Below, piece after piece: positions 35,988-47,869 of a DNA stretch of 64,000 bases. Source of the DNA: Mobula birostris. Taxonomy: Eukaryota. Within the stretch, counting starts at the first letter, position 1. Each line of letters opens with the position of its first letter. The position numbers and the translations under genes were made by a program. The notes beneath the pieces are model-generated. The model was not told the origin of the DNA, ran no database searches, and saw only the letters and a program-made list of their open reading frames with translations. The DNA lies in contig NC_092374.1 of NCBI RefSeq assembly GCF_030028105.1, positions 195,109,345 to 195,173,344 of the forward strand. Direction: 5' to 3'.

Positions 35988-36719
35988 AGAACTGAGTTTT
36001 GACCACATACCCGACAGGCCCCCTATCGCCCATGAAGGAGTTACGCTTTTTTCTTTAAATTACATAACATATTGTGGGCTATTACTGTGATCTTTGAAAT
36101 ATTAGAACTGTAGTTTATAGGGCGGAGCTTAAAAATAATCATATTTAATATTTCCGTTACATGCACCGGGCTTTTAAGTTGTTAGTAATGGTATTAACTG
36201 AAATACTGTTCATTCCTGATTGAAGTAAAAGTTTTTCCAGAATAATAACTTCTATACATAGCTTGCGCCCGCAAAATGCTGGAGGAACTTATCAGGTCAA
36301 GCAGCATCAATGGTGAAGAATATAATGACGTCGTTTTGGCCCGATTTTCTTCATCGAGAAGCCCCCTTATTCCTTTCCATAAATGCTGCCTGATCTGCTG
36401 ACTTCCTCCAGCAGTCCGTGTGTTACTCTAGATTTCCAGCAACTGCAGAATCTCTTACCTGCTAGTGAAACGAACTCCGATTGGCAACCGTCCACATTTA
36501 TTACTTGAATTAGATAAAGGACCATCAGTCATTGAAAGTGCACATTAATCACACCATCAATGTTACAACATCAAAAGAGACATTATATTTCATATTTCGT
36601 TCACAGCATTTTAGTTCTTGTGGGTGACATACAAGATTTAATTTATCTTCGACTCTTCAGTAAATTCAGTATACGTTTTGCGGCGAGCCTGATTACAGTG
36701 TTGGATGATATCCATACCG

Positions 36720-38010
36720 CTCAACACATAGAAACATAGAAGCACAGAAGACCTATAGAGGAATACATGCCCTTGGGCCCACAATGCTGTGCTGAACATG
36801 TACTTACTTTAGAAATTACCTCGGGTTACCCATAGCCATCTATTTTTCTAAGCTCCATGTACCTAATCAGGAGCCTCTTAAAAGACCCTAACGTATTCGC
36901 ATCCACCACCATCACCTGCAGCCCATTCCACACACTCACCACTTTCTGCATAAACAGCGTACCTCTGACATCTCCTCTGTAGCTTAAAAGTGTGCCCTTT
37001 CATGTTAGCCATTTCAGACCTGGAAAAAAAAAACCTTTGACTATCCACACGATCAATACCTCTTATCATCTTATACACCTCTATCAGGTCATCTGTCATC
37101 CTCCGTCGCTCCAAAGAGAAGAGATCGAGTTCACCTAATCTATTCTCATAAGGCTTGCTCAACAATCAAGGCAACATCCTTGTAAATCTTCTCTGCACCT
37201 TTTCTATGGTTTCCGCATCCTTCCTGTAGTGAGACGACCAGAACTGAGCACAGTACTCCAAGTGGGGTCTGACCAGGGTCCTATATAGCTGCAACATTAG
37301 CTCTAGGCTTTTAAACTTTTGATGAAGATTGATGCACGGTTGATGAAGGCCAATGCACCATATGCCTTCTTAACCACAGAATCCACCTGCATAGCAGCTT
37401 TGAGTGTCCTATGGACTCGGACGCCAAGAACCCACTGATCCTCCACACTGCCAAGAGTCTTACCATTAATGCCATACTCTGCTATCATATTTGACCTACC
37501 AAAATGAAACACCTCAGACTTATCTTCACAAGATCACAGGATCACAGGATAAAGGAGCAGAAGTAGGCCATTCGGCCCATCGAGTCTGCCCCGCAGCTCC
37601 CCCATGAACTAAACTATTCTCCCATCTAGTTGCAATTTCCGGCTTTTCCCCATATCCCTTGATACCCTGCCATACTGGTTGAGCTTAATCTGCCACTTCT
37701 AAGCCCAGTTTTGCATCCTATCGATGTCCCGCTGTAAATTCTGACAACCCTACACGATATCCAAAACAACCCCAACTTTGGTGTCAGCAGAAAATTTACT
37801 AACCTATCCCTCCACTTCGTCATCCAGGTCATTTATAAAAATCTCAACGAGATGGGGTCCCAGAACAGATCTTTGAGGCACACCACTGGTTACTGACCTC
37901 CATACAGAATATGACCCATCTACAGCCATTCTTTTCCTTCTGTAGGCAAGCCTATTCTGGATCCAAAAAGCAAGGGCCCCTTGGATCCCATGCTTCCTTA
38001 CTTTCTCAAT
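36720..38010 (-). mobile_element. CR1 RT/3' fragments
   Basis: ORFs 36878-37165, 37303-37512 and 37804-38034 are CR1 RT pieces. Confidence 0.85.
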
Positions 38011-38015
38011 AAGCC

Positions 38016-41000
38016 TTGCATGGAGTACTGACAAATCGAGTTAGGGAACTGGAGCTGGAGCTCGATGAATTTCGGATCATTCAGGAGGCAGAGGCAGACA
38101 TAGAGAGGAGTTACAGGGAGATGGTTACCCCTAAGAGTCAGGAGACAGGGAGCTGGGTGACTGTCAGGGGAGGGAAGGGGAAGAGACAGAATGAGCAGAG
38201 CACCCCTGTGGCCTTTCTCACCAATAATAAGTACATCCTTTTGGATACTGTTGATGGTCCCGACCTACCAGGGACAAGTTGCAGTGGTTGCGTCTCTGGT
38301 ACCGAGATGGGGTCCTCAACTCGGAAGGGAAAGAGCGAAAAGAGGACAGCAGTAGTGATACAGGATTCGATAGTTAGGGGGACAGATAAGAGGTTCTGTG
38401 GAAGAGAGCGAGAATCCCGGATGATCTGTTTCGTCCCTGGTGCGAAGGTCCGCGATGTCGCAGATAGAGTTCTCGGTATTCTCAAGAGCGAGTGTGAGCA
38501 GCCGGACGTCGTGGTCCAATGACGTGAGTAGGAAGAGTGAGGAGGTCCTGAAAGGTGAGTTTAGGGAGTTAGGCGCCAAGTTAAAGGACAGGACCTTCAG
38601 GATAGCAATCTCGCAGCCTGGTTTAGAAATAGTACGATAGCGCAGATCAACACGTGGCTGAAGGCATGGTGCAGGAGGGAGGGCTCCAGATTTATAGATA
38701 ATTGGGCAGTTTTCCAGGGAAGGTGGGACCTGTTCCGGCGGGACGGTCTACATCTGAACTGGAGGGGGTCAAATATTCTTGCGGGTAGGTTTGCTGGAGA
38801 GGCCCCAGTGGATTTAAACTAGATACGAGGGGGAAGAGGAACCAGAGTGTAGGTACAGATGTAGAGAAGAAGGAAGAAAAAGAAAATAGTAGAACTGTTT
38901 CCACATTTAGTGATAATCAGAGAATAAGATGTGGAAAATTTCTTAAATGCATTTATTTTAATGCTAGGAGCATTGTAAAAAAAAAGGTGGATGTGCTTAA
39001 ACCATGGATTGATACCTGGAAGTATGAAGTGGTAGCTATTAGTGAAACATGGTTACAGGAGGGGTGTGATTGACAACTAAATATTCCTGGATTTAATTGC
39101 TTCAGGTGTGATAGAATCGGAAGGACAAGAGGGGTAGGAGTTGCATTGCTTGGCAGAGAAAATATTACAGCGGTGCTCTGGCAGGATAGATTAGAGGGCT
39201 CGTCTAGGGAGGCCATTCGGGTGGAATTGAGAAATGGGAAAGGTGTAGTAACGCTTATGGGGGTGTATTATAGACCACCAAATGGGAAGCGAGAATTGGA
39301 GGAGCAAATTTTTAAGGAGATAGCAGATATTAGTAGTAGACATAAGGTTGTGATTGTGGGAGATTTTAATTTTCCAGACACAGACTGGGAAGCCCATACC
39401 GTAAAAGGGCTGGAAGATTCGGAGTTTGTAAAATGTGTGCAAGATAGTTTTTTGCAGCAATACATAGAGGTACCAACGAGAGAAGGGGCAGAGCTGGATC
39501 GCCTGTTAGGGAATGAGATAGGTCAGGTGACGGAGGTTTGTGATGGGGAGCTCTTCGGATCCAGTGGTCACAATGATATTAGTTTCAATATAATTATGGA
39601 TAAGGATAGGTCTGGACCCAGGATTGAGATTTTTGATTGGAGAAAGACTAACTTTGAGGAGATACGAAAGGATTTAGAAGGAGTGGATTGGGACAATTTG
39701 TTTTATGGGAAGGATGTAATAGAGAAATGGAGGTCATTTAAAGGAGAAAGTGTGAGAGTACAGAATCTTTATGTTCCTGTTAGGTTGAAAGGAAAGGTTA
39801 AAAGTTTGAGAGACCGATGGCTTTCAGGGGATATTGGAAACTTGGTTCGGGAAAAAAGAGAGATCTGCAATAAATATAAAGAGCATGGAGTAAATGAGGT
39901 GCTCGAGGAATATAAGGAATGTAAAAAGAATCTTAAGAAAGAAATTAGAAAAGCTAAAAGAAGATATGAAGCTGCTTTGGCAAGTAAGGTGAAAATAAAT
40001 CCCAAGGGTTTCTACCGTTATATAAATAGCAAAAGGATAGTGAGGGATAAAATTGGTCCCTTAGAGAATCAGAGTGGACGGCTATGTGTGGAGCCAAAAG
40101 AGATGGGGGAGATTCTTAACAATTTCTTTTCTTCGGTATTCACTAAGGAGAAGGATGTTGAATTGTGTAAGATAAGGGAAACGAGTAGGGAAGTTATGGA
40201 AATTATGATGATTAAAGAAGAAGTAGTACTGGAGCTTTTAAGGAATATAAAAGTGGATAAGTCTCCAGGTCCTGACAGGATATTCCCTAGGACATTGAGA
40301 GAAGTTATTGTGGAAACAGCAGGGGCTCTGACAGAAATATTTCAAATATAATTAGAAACGGGGATGGTGCTGGAGGATTGGCGTATTTCTCATGTTGTTT
40401 CATTGTTTAAAAAGGGTTCTAAGAGTAAACCCAGCAATTATCGGCCTGTGAGTTTGACGTCAGTGGTGAGTAAATTGACGGAAAGTATTTTTAGAGATGG
40501 TATATATAATTATCTGGATAGACAGGGTCTAATTAGGAACAGCCAACATGGATTTGTGCGTGGAAGGTCATGTTTGACAAACTTATTGAATTTTTTGAAG
40601 AGGTTACGAGGAATGTTGACGACGGTAAAGCGGTGGATGTTGTCTATATGGACTTCAGAAGGCCTTTGACAAGGTCCCCCACGGAAGGTTAGTTAGGAAG
40701 GTTCAATCGTTAGGTATTAATATTGAAGTAGCAAAATAGATTCAGCAGTGGCTAGATGGGAGACACCAGAGAGTGGTGGTGGAAAACTGTTTGTGAGATT
40801 GGAGGCCGGTGACTAGTGGTGTGCCTCAGAGATCTGTACTGGGTCCAGTGTTATTTGTCATATTCATTAATGGGTCTGGATGATGGGGTGGTAAATTGGA
40901 TGAGTAAGTATGTAGATGATACTATGATAAGTGGAGTTTTGGATAATGGCGTAAGTTTTCACAGTTTGCAGAGAGATTTAGGCCAGTTAGAAGAGTGGGC

Positions 41001-41815
41001 TGAAGGATGACGGATGGAGTTTAAAGCTGATAAACGTGAGGTGCTGCACTTTGGCAGGACTAATCAAATTACGACATACATGGTAAATGGTAGGGCATTG
41101 AAGAATGCAGTAGAACAGAGGGATCTAGGAATAATGGTGTATAGTTCCCTGAAGGTGCAATCTCGTGTGGATAGGGTGGTGAAGAAAGCTTTTGGTATGC
41201 TGGCCTTTATAAATCAAAGCATTGAGTAGAGGAGTTGAGATGTAATGTTGAAATTGTACAAGGCATTGGTGAGGCCAAATTTGGAGTATTGTGTACGGTT
41301 TTGGTCACCAAATTATAGGAAAGATGTCAACAAAATAAAGAGAGTACAGGTTTACTAGAATGCTACCTGGGTTTCATCTCCTAAGTTACAGAGAAAGGTT
41401 GAACAAGTTGGGTCTTTATTCTTTGGAATGTAGAAGGTTGGGGGGGGGGTCTTGATAGAGGTATTTAAAATTATGAGGGGGGTAGGTAGAGTTGACGTGG
41501 ATAGGCTTTTTCCATTGAGAGTGGGGGAGATTCAAACAAGGGGACATGAGTTGAGAATTAAAGGGCTAAAGTTTAGGGGTAACATGAGGGTGAACTTCTT
41601 TACTCAGAGAGTGGTGGCTCTGTGGAACGAGCTTCCAGCAGAAGTGGTTGAGGCAGGTTCGATGTTGTCGTTTAAAGTTAAACTGGACAGCTATATGGAC
41701 AGGAAAGGAATGGAGGTTTATGGGCTGAGTGCAGGTCGGTGGGACTAGGTGAGAATAAGAGTTCGACACGGGCTAGAAGGGCCGAGATGGCCTGTTTCTG
41801 TGCTGTAATTGTTAT
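38016..41815 (+). mobile_element. Near full-length CR1 LINE (ORF1 esterase + ORF2), decayed
   Basis: ORF 38016-38522 is ORF1-like. ORF 39146-40351 is APE plus tether (YYRPPN, VGDFN). RT pieces run 40364-41748, followed by the tail. Confidence 0.92.
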
Positions 41816-42935
41816 ATGGTTTATACCTTATCAAATGCCTAGCTGAAATCTGTATACACTATATCTACTGCTCTATCTGCATCAATGTGTTTCACACAAT
41901 GAGGTTGAAAATTTGTTTATTACCATGAAAAAGACATCATCACGGACGCAGGCACGCACATGCAGACGCACATGCACAGACTCGCGCACACGCCAAAAAA
42001 AAAAAGAAGAAAGAAAGAAAACAACAGGAATACTGCAGATGCTGGAAATTCAAGCAACACACATAAAAGTTGCTGGTGAACGCAGCAGACCAGGCAGCAT
42101 CTCTAGGAAGAGGTACAGTCGACGTTTCAGACCGAGACCCTTCGTCAGGACGAAGGGTCTCGGCCAGAAAGAAAGAAAAGTTGTTTATTAAATCTCATGC
42201 TGGTACAATCTCCGAAAGTGGGTTTGGAATTGTAAAGCAGGAGTGCAGTGCTCCGACGCAACTTGTGCATCTACAGAATACTTTTAAACTCTTAATATTG
42301 TTGTGCTAATACCATTTATGCGCTGTATGTGATATATGTACTGTGTTTTTCACCCTGGTCCCAGAGGAACGCTGCTTTGCGTAGAAGTATACATGTGCAA
42401 AATTGGATAACGATAGATTTGAATTTGAACTTGAAAAACGACACCAGGGAAATATAAGTGAAACCTATAAAATTCTAGCTGATTCATAACTCCAACATTA
42501 GGAAACAGCACCCTTGACAACGCTACCTGCAATAGCCTTACAAAACCGCCAGATGACCAGGCAAACCTGAAAGAATAAATACGGGCACCTACAACCTTGA
42601 ATATAATCTTGTTTCCCGGATTGAGAATCATAATTGCGACTTGAATTATCTCGGACATTGTTGTAACTCATGACTATGATATGAGACTGGAGATAAAATG
42701 CTAACAGCTTAAAAGTAGTTTTATACAGCAATGTAACTGAGAGCTGGAAAGTATGGAACCAGGGGTCGTGGATATCAGATATGCCGTTTACAATGGCAAA
42801 TACGATAAATTTTACTTGTTAAATTTTACTTAGAGATACAATACGGTAATAGGAGCTTAGGGCTCAGTGAATTCGCCCAACTACAGGAAACCTTCCCCAA
42901 TGTTCATATCCCTGCCGCCAGTTCAAGAAACTTAT

Positions 42936-43170
42936 GGGAGGCATGATAGCGTAGCGGTTAGCTTAATGCCATTGCAGCACCTGCGACACGGATGTGATTC
43001 CCGCAGTAATCAGTAAGGAGTTTGTACGACCTCCCTGTGGCGATATGGGTTTCCTCCGGTTGCTCCGGTTTCCTCCCACATTCCTGCGGTTTAATAGGTT
43101 AATTGGTGAAGTGGGTATAATTGGACTCCGCTGGCTCGCTGGGCCTGCAGGACCTATTGCTGTCAAAGTA
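42936..43170 (+). mobile_element. V-SINE (tRNA-derived) just 3' of the ITIM gene stop codon
   Basis: tRNA-like head AGCGTAGCGGTTAGC and V-domain core GGGTTTCCTCCGGTTGCTCCGGTTTCCTCCCAC. Confidence 0.8.
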
Positions 43171-43182
43171 AAGAAGGCTGCC

Positions 43183-43434
43183 TCACATACGCTGCACATT
43201 CACGGCCGCATACACGATCTGCTCCTCTCTTCTGGGAGACTTCGTGGGCTTCGTTGACGCCCAATCCTTTCTAGGCGATGCAGCCCTCACCTCGGCGTAC
43301 AGAATCGGATCTTCCCTTTTTCCCGCTTGTGAACTCCGTCCAGTCCGGCCTGACTGGCATGCAACGTAGTCCAATGGTCCAGTCCGTGGCGCTTTCCTCA
43401 TATTCATTTCAGCATAGACTACAGAGTTCTCTTT
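43183..43434 (-). CDS. Terminal cytoplasmic exon of an inhibitory receptor with ITIMs
   Basis: Acceptor TGTTCCATTCCAG|, phase 0, 83 codons plus TGA. Motifs VVYAEM, ILYAEV and IVYAAV; the last two fit the (I/V/L/S)xYxx(L/V) consensus. Confidence 0.85.
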   Translation of the reverse strand, partial: KENSVVYAEMNMRKAPRTGPLDYVACQSGRTGRSSQAGKREDPILYAEVRAASPRKDWASTKPTKSPRREEQIVYAAVNVQRM

Positions 43435-43676
43435 CTGGAATGGAACAGACCAGTTATTACAAGATTTTAAATATACAAAAATTTTGAAGTGGTTCAATAC
43501 CAAATGTCTCTTATCGAGTGCGTTTTCTAAAAGGCGCGTGCTGTAAAGCGCGGCATCAATTTTAGGCGTAACTCTCTCTATCTTTTGTTTTATAGTTCAC
43601 CATCCCAACGTTAATAACGCGCCACTGCAAAGCTAACCACGGAGAGATAGCACTTTCATTGTTTCAAGTGCCTTAC

Positions 43677-43768
43677 GTTACGCTGTCCACTGCTTTCAAC
43701 AGAATGGGCCTCGGTTGAGGAAATGTTTGCCATATTATAAATAAAGAACCTACGGTGTCCTATTTCGC
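43677..43768 (-). CDS. Candidate additional cytoplasmic exon (phase 1 to 0; EIGHRRFFIYNMANISSTEAHSVESSGQRN)
   Basis: Acceptor TTTAATCTGCAG| and donor AAC|GTAAGG. The frame is open and in phase with the terminal exon 242 bp downstream. Its upstream partner is unresolved. Confidence 0.35.
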
Positions 43769-44149
43769 CTGCAGATTAAATGACTACTTAATTTGCAATG
43801 TTTACCCTGAACTTTTGACCTGAGTGAATAGTTTTCTGTTCCGCTGCCGACATTGCCAATCAGAATTCCTCACTACCACATCCCTGAGAGTAGGAAATGT
43901 CAATAATGTTTTCCACCTCGCTGCCCCTTTCCCAACTGTTAAGACACACCACTCACCCCAACGTTTTTCCTTCGACGTCTACCCAAATATTATGTCTATG
44001 ACCGCAGACTGCTCAGGATTCCGCTGTGTCCCTTCCCCACTGCAGCAAATATTTTCCTTTATATATCCTTGGGGGATGACCTAACAGGGCACAGCAGCAG
44101 AAGCCAGGTCAGTGGCACCGTGGCCAGTTCTTAGACACAGCAGGCAATG

Positions 44150-44950
44150 GTAAAGTCAGGCAGAGCGATAGTGTTAGGGAAATCGATAGTGAGGGGGAGG
44201 GGCAGGAGATCCGGTGGCCGCGAATGAGACGTCAGAAATGTGCGGTGGCTCCTTAATATTGGGGAGAGTATGTAGCGAGAGGTCATGATGCACATTGGCA
44301 CCGAAGACTTAGGCAAAAATGGTGAAGAATTCCTGCCCAGTGAATATCGTGACTTAGGAAAGAGGCTGAATAGCAAGACCTGTACTGTAGCTATTTCTGG
44401 ACCACTCCCAGGGCCACGTCATAGAAAGTTCAGAAATAGAATTCTAGTACAGATGACTGAGTGGCTGAGAAACTGCTGAAGGGGGCAGAATTTCAGGCTC
44501 TTGGATAATTGGAGATTTTTCTAGAGAAGTGGCATCTCCTATAAGAGGGAACCGTTCACTTTAACTGGAAGGGAAACACTATCATGGCTGGAAAGCTCTG
44601 GTGCTACTCGGGAGGGTTTGAACTTGTTTGACAGGGCGGTGGGAATCAGAGCACCAGAGCAGAAAGTGAAAGGATAGACTGAGAAGTAAATGTCAGAGTC
44701 AGTAAAAACAAGTAGGAACAAAATAACAAATACAATGGGTCAGATAGTTTGAAGTGTTTGTTATTTTAGTGCAAGGAGTATTATGGAAAAGGGTGATTAA
44801 CTTAGAGTGTGGATCAATACATGGAAACATGGAAGCTTTACAGAGACGGTTGAGAGAGGGACAGGAATAGTTTTAAATTTTCAGGGAAGATAGAAATAAA
44901 GGTGGAAGAGGGGCAGTTACACTATTGATCATGGACAATACAGAGGGGAC
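44150..44950 (+). mobile_element. CR1 ORF1 (esterase) remnant
   Basis: VMMHIGTEDLG..ISGPLP is homologous to IHVGTND..FSGLLP in the 25k copy. Confidence 0.7.
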
Positions 44951-44969
44951 GACTGAGTGTTAAGTAAGG

Positions 44970-47400
44970 CCATAAGACTATAAGATATAGGAGCCGAATT
45001 AGGGCATTCAGCACAGAGAGTCTGCTCCTCCATTCTATTATGGCTGATCCCGGTTCCCACTCAACCCCATACTCCCGCCTTCTCGCAAAATCCGTTGATG
45101 CCCTAACCGAACAGGAAATGATCAATATACGCACGGACCTAGTCTCTACCGCAGTCTACTCGCTGGCTACAAAAAAGTTCTTTCTTAACCCTGTCCTAAA
45201 GGGTCGCCCTCAATTTTGAGGCTCTGCACTCTAGTTCTTGATACCCCCACCACAGGAAACATCCTTTCCACATCCTCCCTCTCTAGCCCTTTCAACATTC
45301 GATACGTTTCAATGAGATCTCCAAGCATTTTTCTAAATTCCAGAAAGTACAGGCCCGAAGGTGCCAACCTCGCCTCATATGTTAACACCGTCCTTATCAG
45401 AATCATCCTCGTGGACCTCTTCTGTACTCTTTCCAATGACAGCACATCCTTTCTAAGATATGGGGCCCAAGGCTGTTGAGAATACTCCAAGTGTGGCTTG
45501 ACTAGTGTCTTATAAAAGCTCAGCATTATCTCCTTGCTTTATATGATATTCTCCTTGATATAAATGCCAACATTGTATTTGCCTTTTTTTTTTTTTACCA
45601 CAGATTCAACCTGTAAATTAACCTTCTGGGAGTCTTCAATGAAGACTCCTAAGTCCCTCTGCACCTCTGATGTTTGAACTTTCTCCCATTTATATAATAG
45701 TCCGCACTATCGTTCCTTTTACCAAAGAACATCATCATGCATTTCCCAACACTGTATTCTATCTGCCAGGTTTTTGCCCATTCTTTCAATTTTTCCAAGT
45801 CTTGCTGCGATCGCATTGCTTTGTCAGCACTACCTACCCCTCCAGCTAATGTGAAAAGCAGTGACCCCTGAGGAACACCACTAGTCACCGGCTGCCAACC
45901 AGAAAAGGCCCCGTTTATTCCCACTCGCTGCCTCCTGCATGTCAGCCATTCCGTTATCCATGCCAGTATCTTTCCTGTAACGCTATAGGGTTTTATCTTG
46001 TTAAGCAGCTTCATGTGATGCGCCTTACCAAACGCCTTCTGAAAATCCAAATAAATGACATTCACTGTCTCCTTTGTCCACCCTGCTTGTTGCTTCCTAG
46101 AAGAGCTCAAACAGATTTGTCAGACAAGGTTTCCTTTGACGGAAACCATGCGGACTTTGACTTATTTTATCATTAGTCTCCAAGTACCTTGAAACCTCAT
46201 CCTCAATAATAGACTCCAACCCTTTCCTAAGCACTGAAGTTAGACTAACTGGCCCATCATTTCCTTTCTTATGCCTTCCTTACTTTATAAAGAGTGGAGT
46301 GAAATTTGCAATCGTCCTGTCCTCCGGCACAATTTCAGAATCAAGTGATTCTTGAATGATCACGCCCAATCCGTCCACTATCTCTTTAGCAAGCTCTCTC
46401 AGTAATCTGCGATGTAGTCCATCTGGTCCAAGTGACTTACCCACCTGAAGATCTTTGAGTGTGCCTGGCACCTTTTCCTTTGTAATAGCAATGACACTCA
46501 CTCCTGCTCCCTGACACTTACGGATGTCTGGCACACTGCACGTGTATTTCAGAGAATACAGCTATAACGTACCCAGTAAGTTCGTCTGCGATTCCTTGTC
46601 CCCCATTAATACCCCACCAGCATCATTTTGCAGGCGTCCAATATCAACTCTCTCCTCCCTTTTACTATTTATATAACTGAAAAACTTTTGGTATTCTGTT
46701 TTATAGTTTTGGCTAGTTTGCCCTCATTCCATTTTCCCCAATTATAGCTTTTTAGTTGCCTTTTGATGGATTTTAAAAGCTTCCTAATCCAACTTCCCAC
46801 TCACTTTTGCTACCTTATATGTCCTTTCCTTGGCTTTTATGCAGTCCTTAACTTGCATTGTCAGCCACAGTTGCTTACCCCTGCCATTTGAGAACTGCTT
46901 CTTCTGTGGGAGATAACTATCCTGCGCCTTGTGAGCTATTCCCAGAAACCTCATCCATCTCTGATCTACCGTCATCCCCGCCAGTATCCTCCTCCAATCC
47001 ACATAGGCAAGCTCCTCTCTCATGCCTCTGTAATTCCCTTTATTCCATTGTGATACTGATACATGTGACAATCTCAAATTTCAGAATGAACTCAATCATA
47101 TTATGATCACTGCTTCGAAGGGTCCCCTTACATTAAGCTCCCCAATAAGGTCTAGGTTATTAAACAACACCCAATGTAAGATAATCTTTCTCCCTGTAGA
47201 CTGCACAAGCTGCACTAAAAGGCATTCAACGAATTCTCTCTCTTTATGTCAGACACCAACCTGATTTCCCCAAAGTCCCTGCATATTGAACTCTCCCGTT
47301 ACAATTGTGTCATCACCCTTATTCCACGTCCTTTCTAGTTCCCTTTGCAACCTCAGCCTATTATTTGGAGGCCTATATATGATTCCCATAAAGTTTTTAA
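44970..47400 (-). mobile_element. CR1 ORF2 fragments to the 3' tail
   Basis: ORFs 45185-45526, 45649-46110, 46280-46534 and 46784-47077. Confidence 0.85.
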
Positions 47401-47869
47401 CCCTTGCAGTTTCTTAAAAAATTCACATTCTTTGACCCTATGTCACCACTTTCTAAAGTTGTACTTCCATCTCTGACCAACAGAACCACACCACCGCCTA
47501 TGCGTTTCTGCCTGTTCTTTCGATATAAACACTCGATGATGTTAAGCACCCCATTCTTGCTTTCTTTTAGTCACAACTCAGTGATGCCCACACCGCCATA
47601 TATCGACCAACCTTTAATTACGCCTCAAGTTCGTCCACCTTATTCTGAATGCTGTGCGCACCTTAATTCCTGTATTCTTCGCCCTTTTACATTTTGCCTG
47701 TGATACAATTTAACTCTTTGCTCTGTCTGCATTTGTACCCAATCATTGGTTTGTCCTTCCTTCCATTCATGTGTACATCCATCATCTACTTGTAAACCTT
47801 CTAGCTCATCCTTGTCTCTAGCATACCGGTTTCCATCACATGACCGACAGTGGGTGCAAAGTTAGCGAG

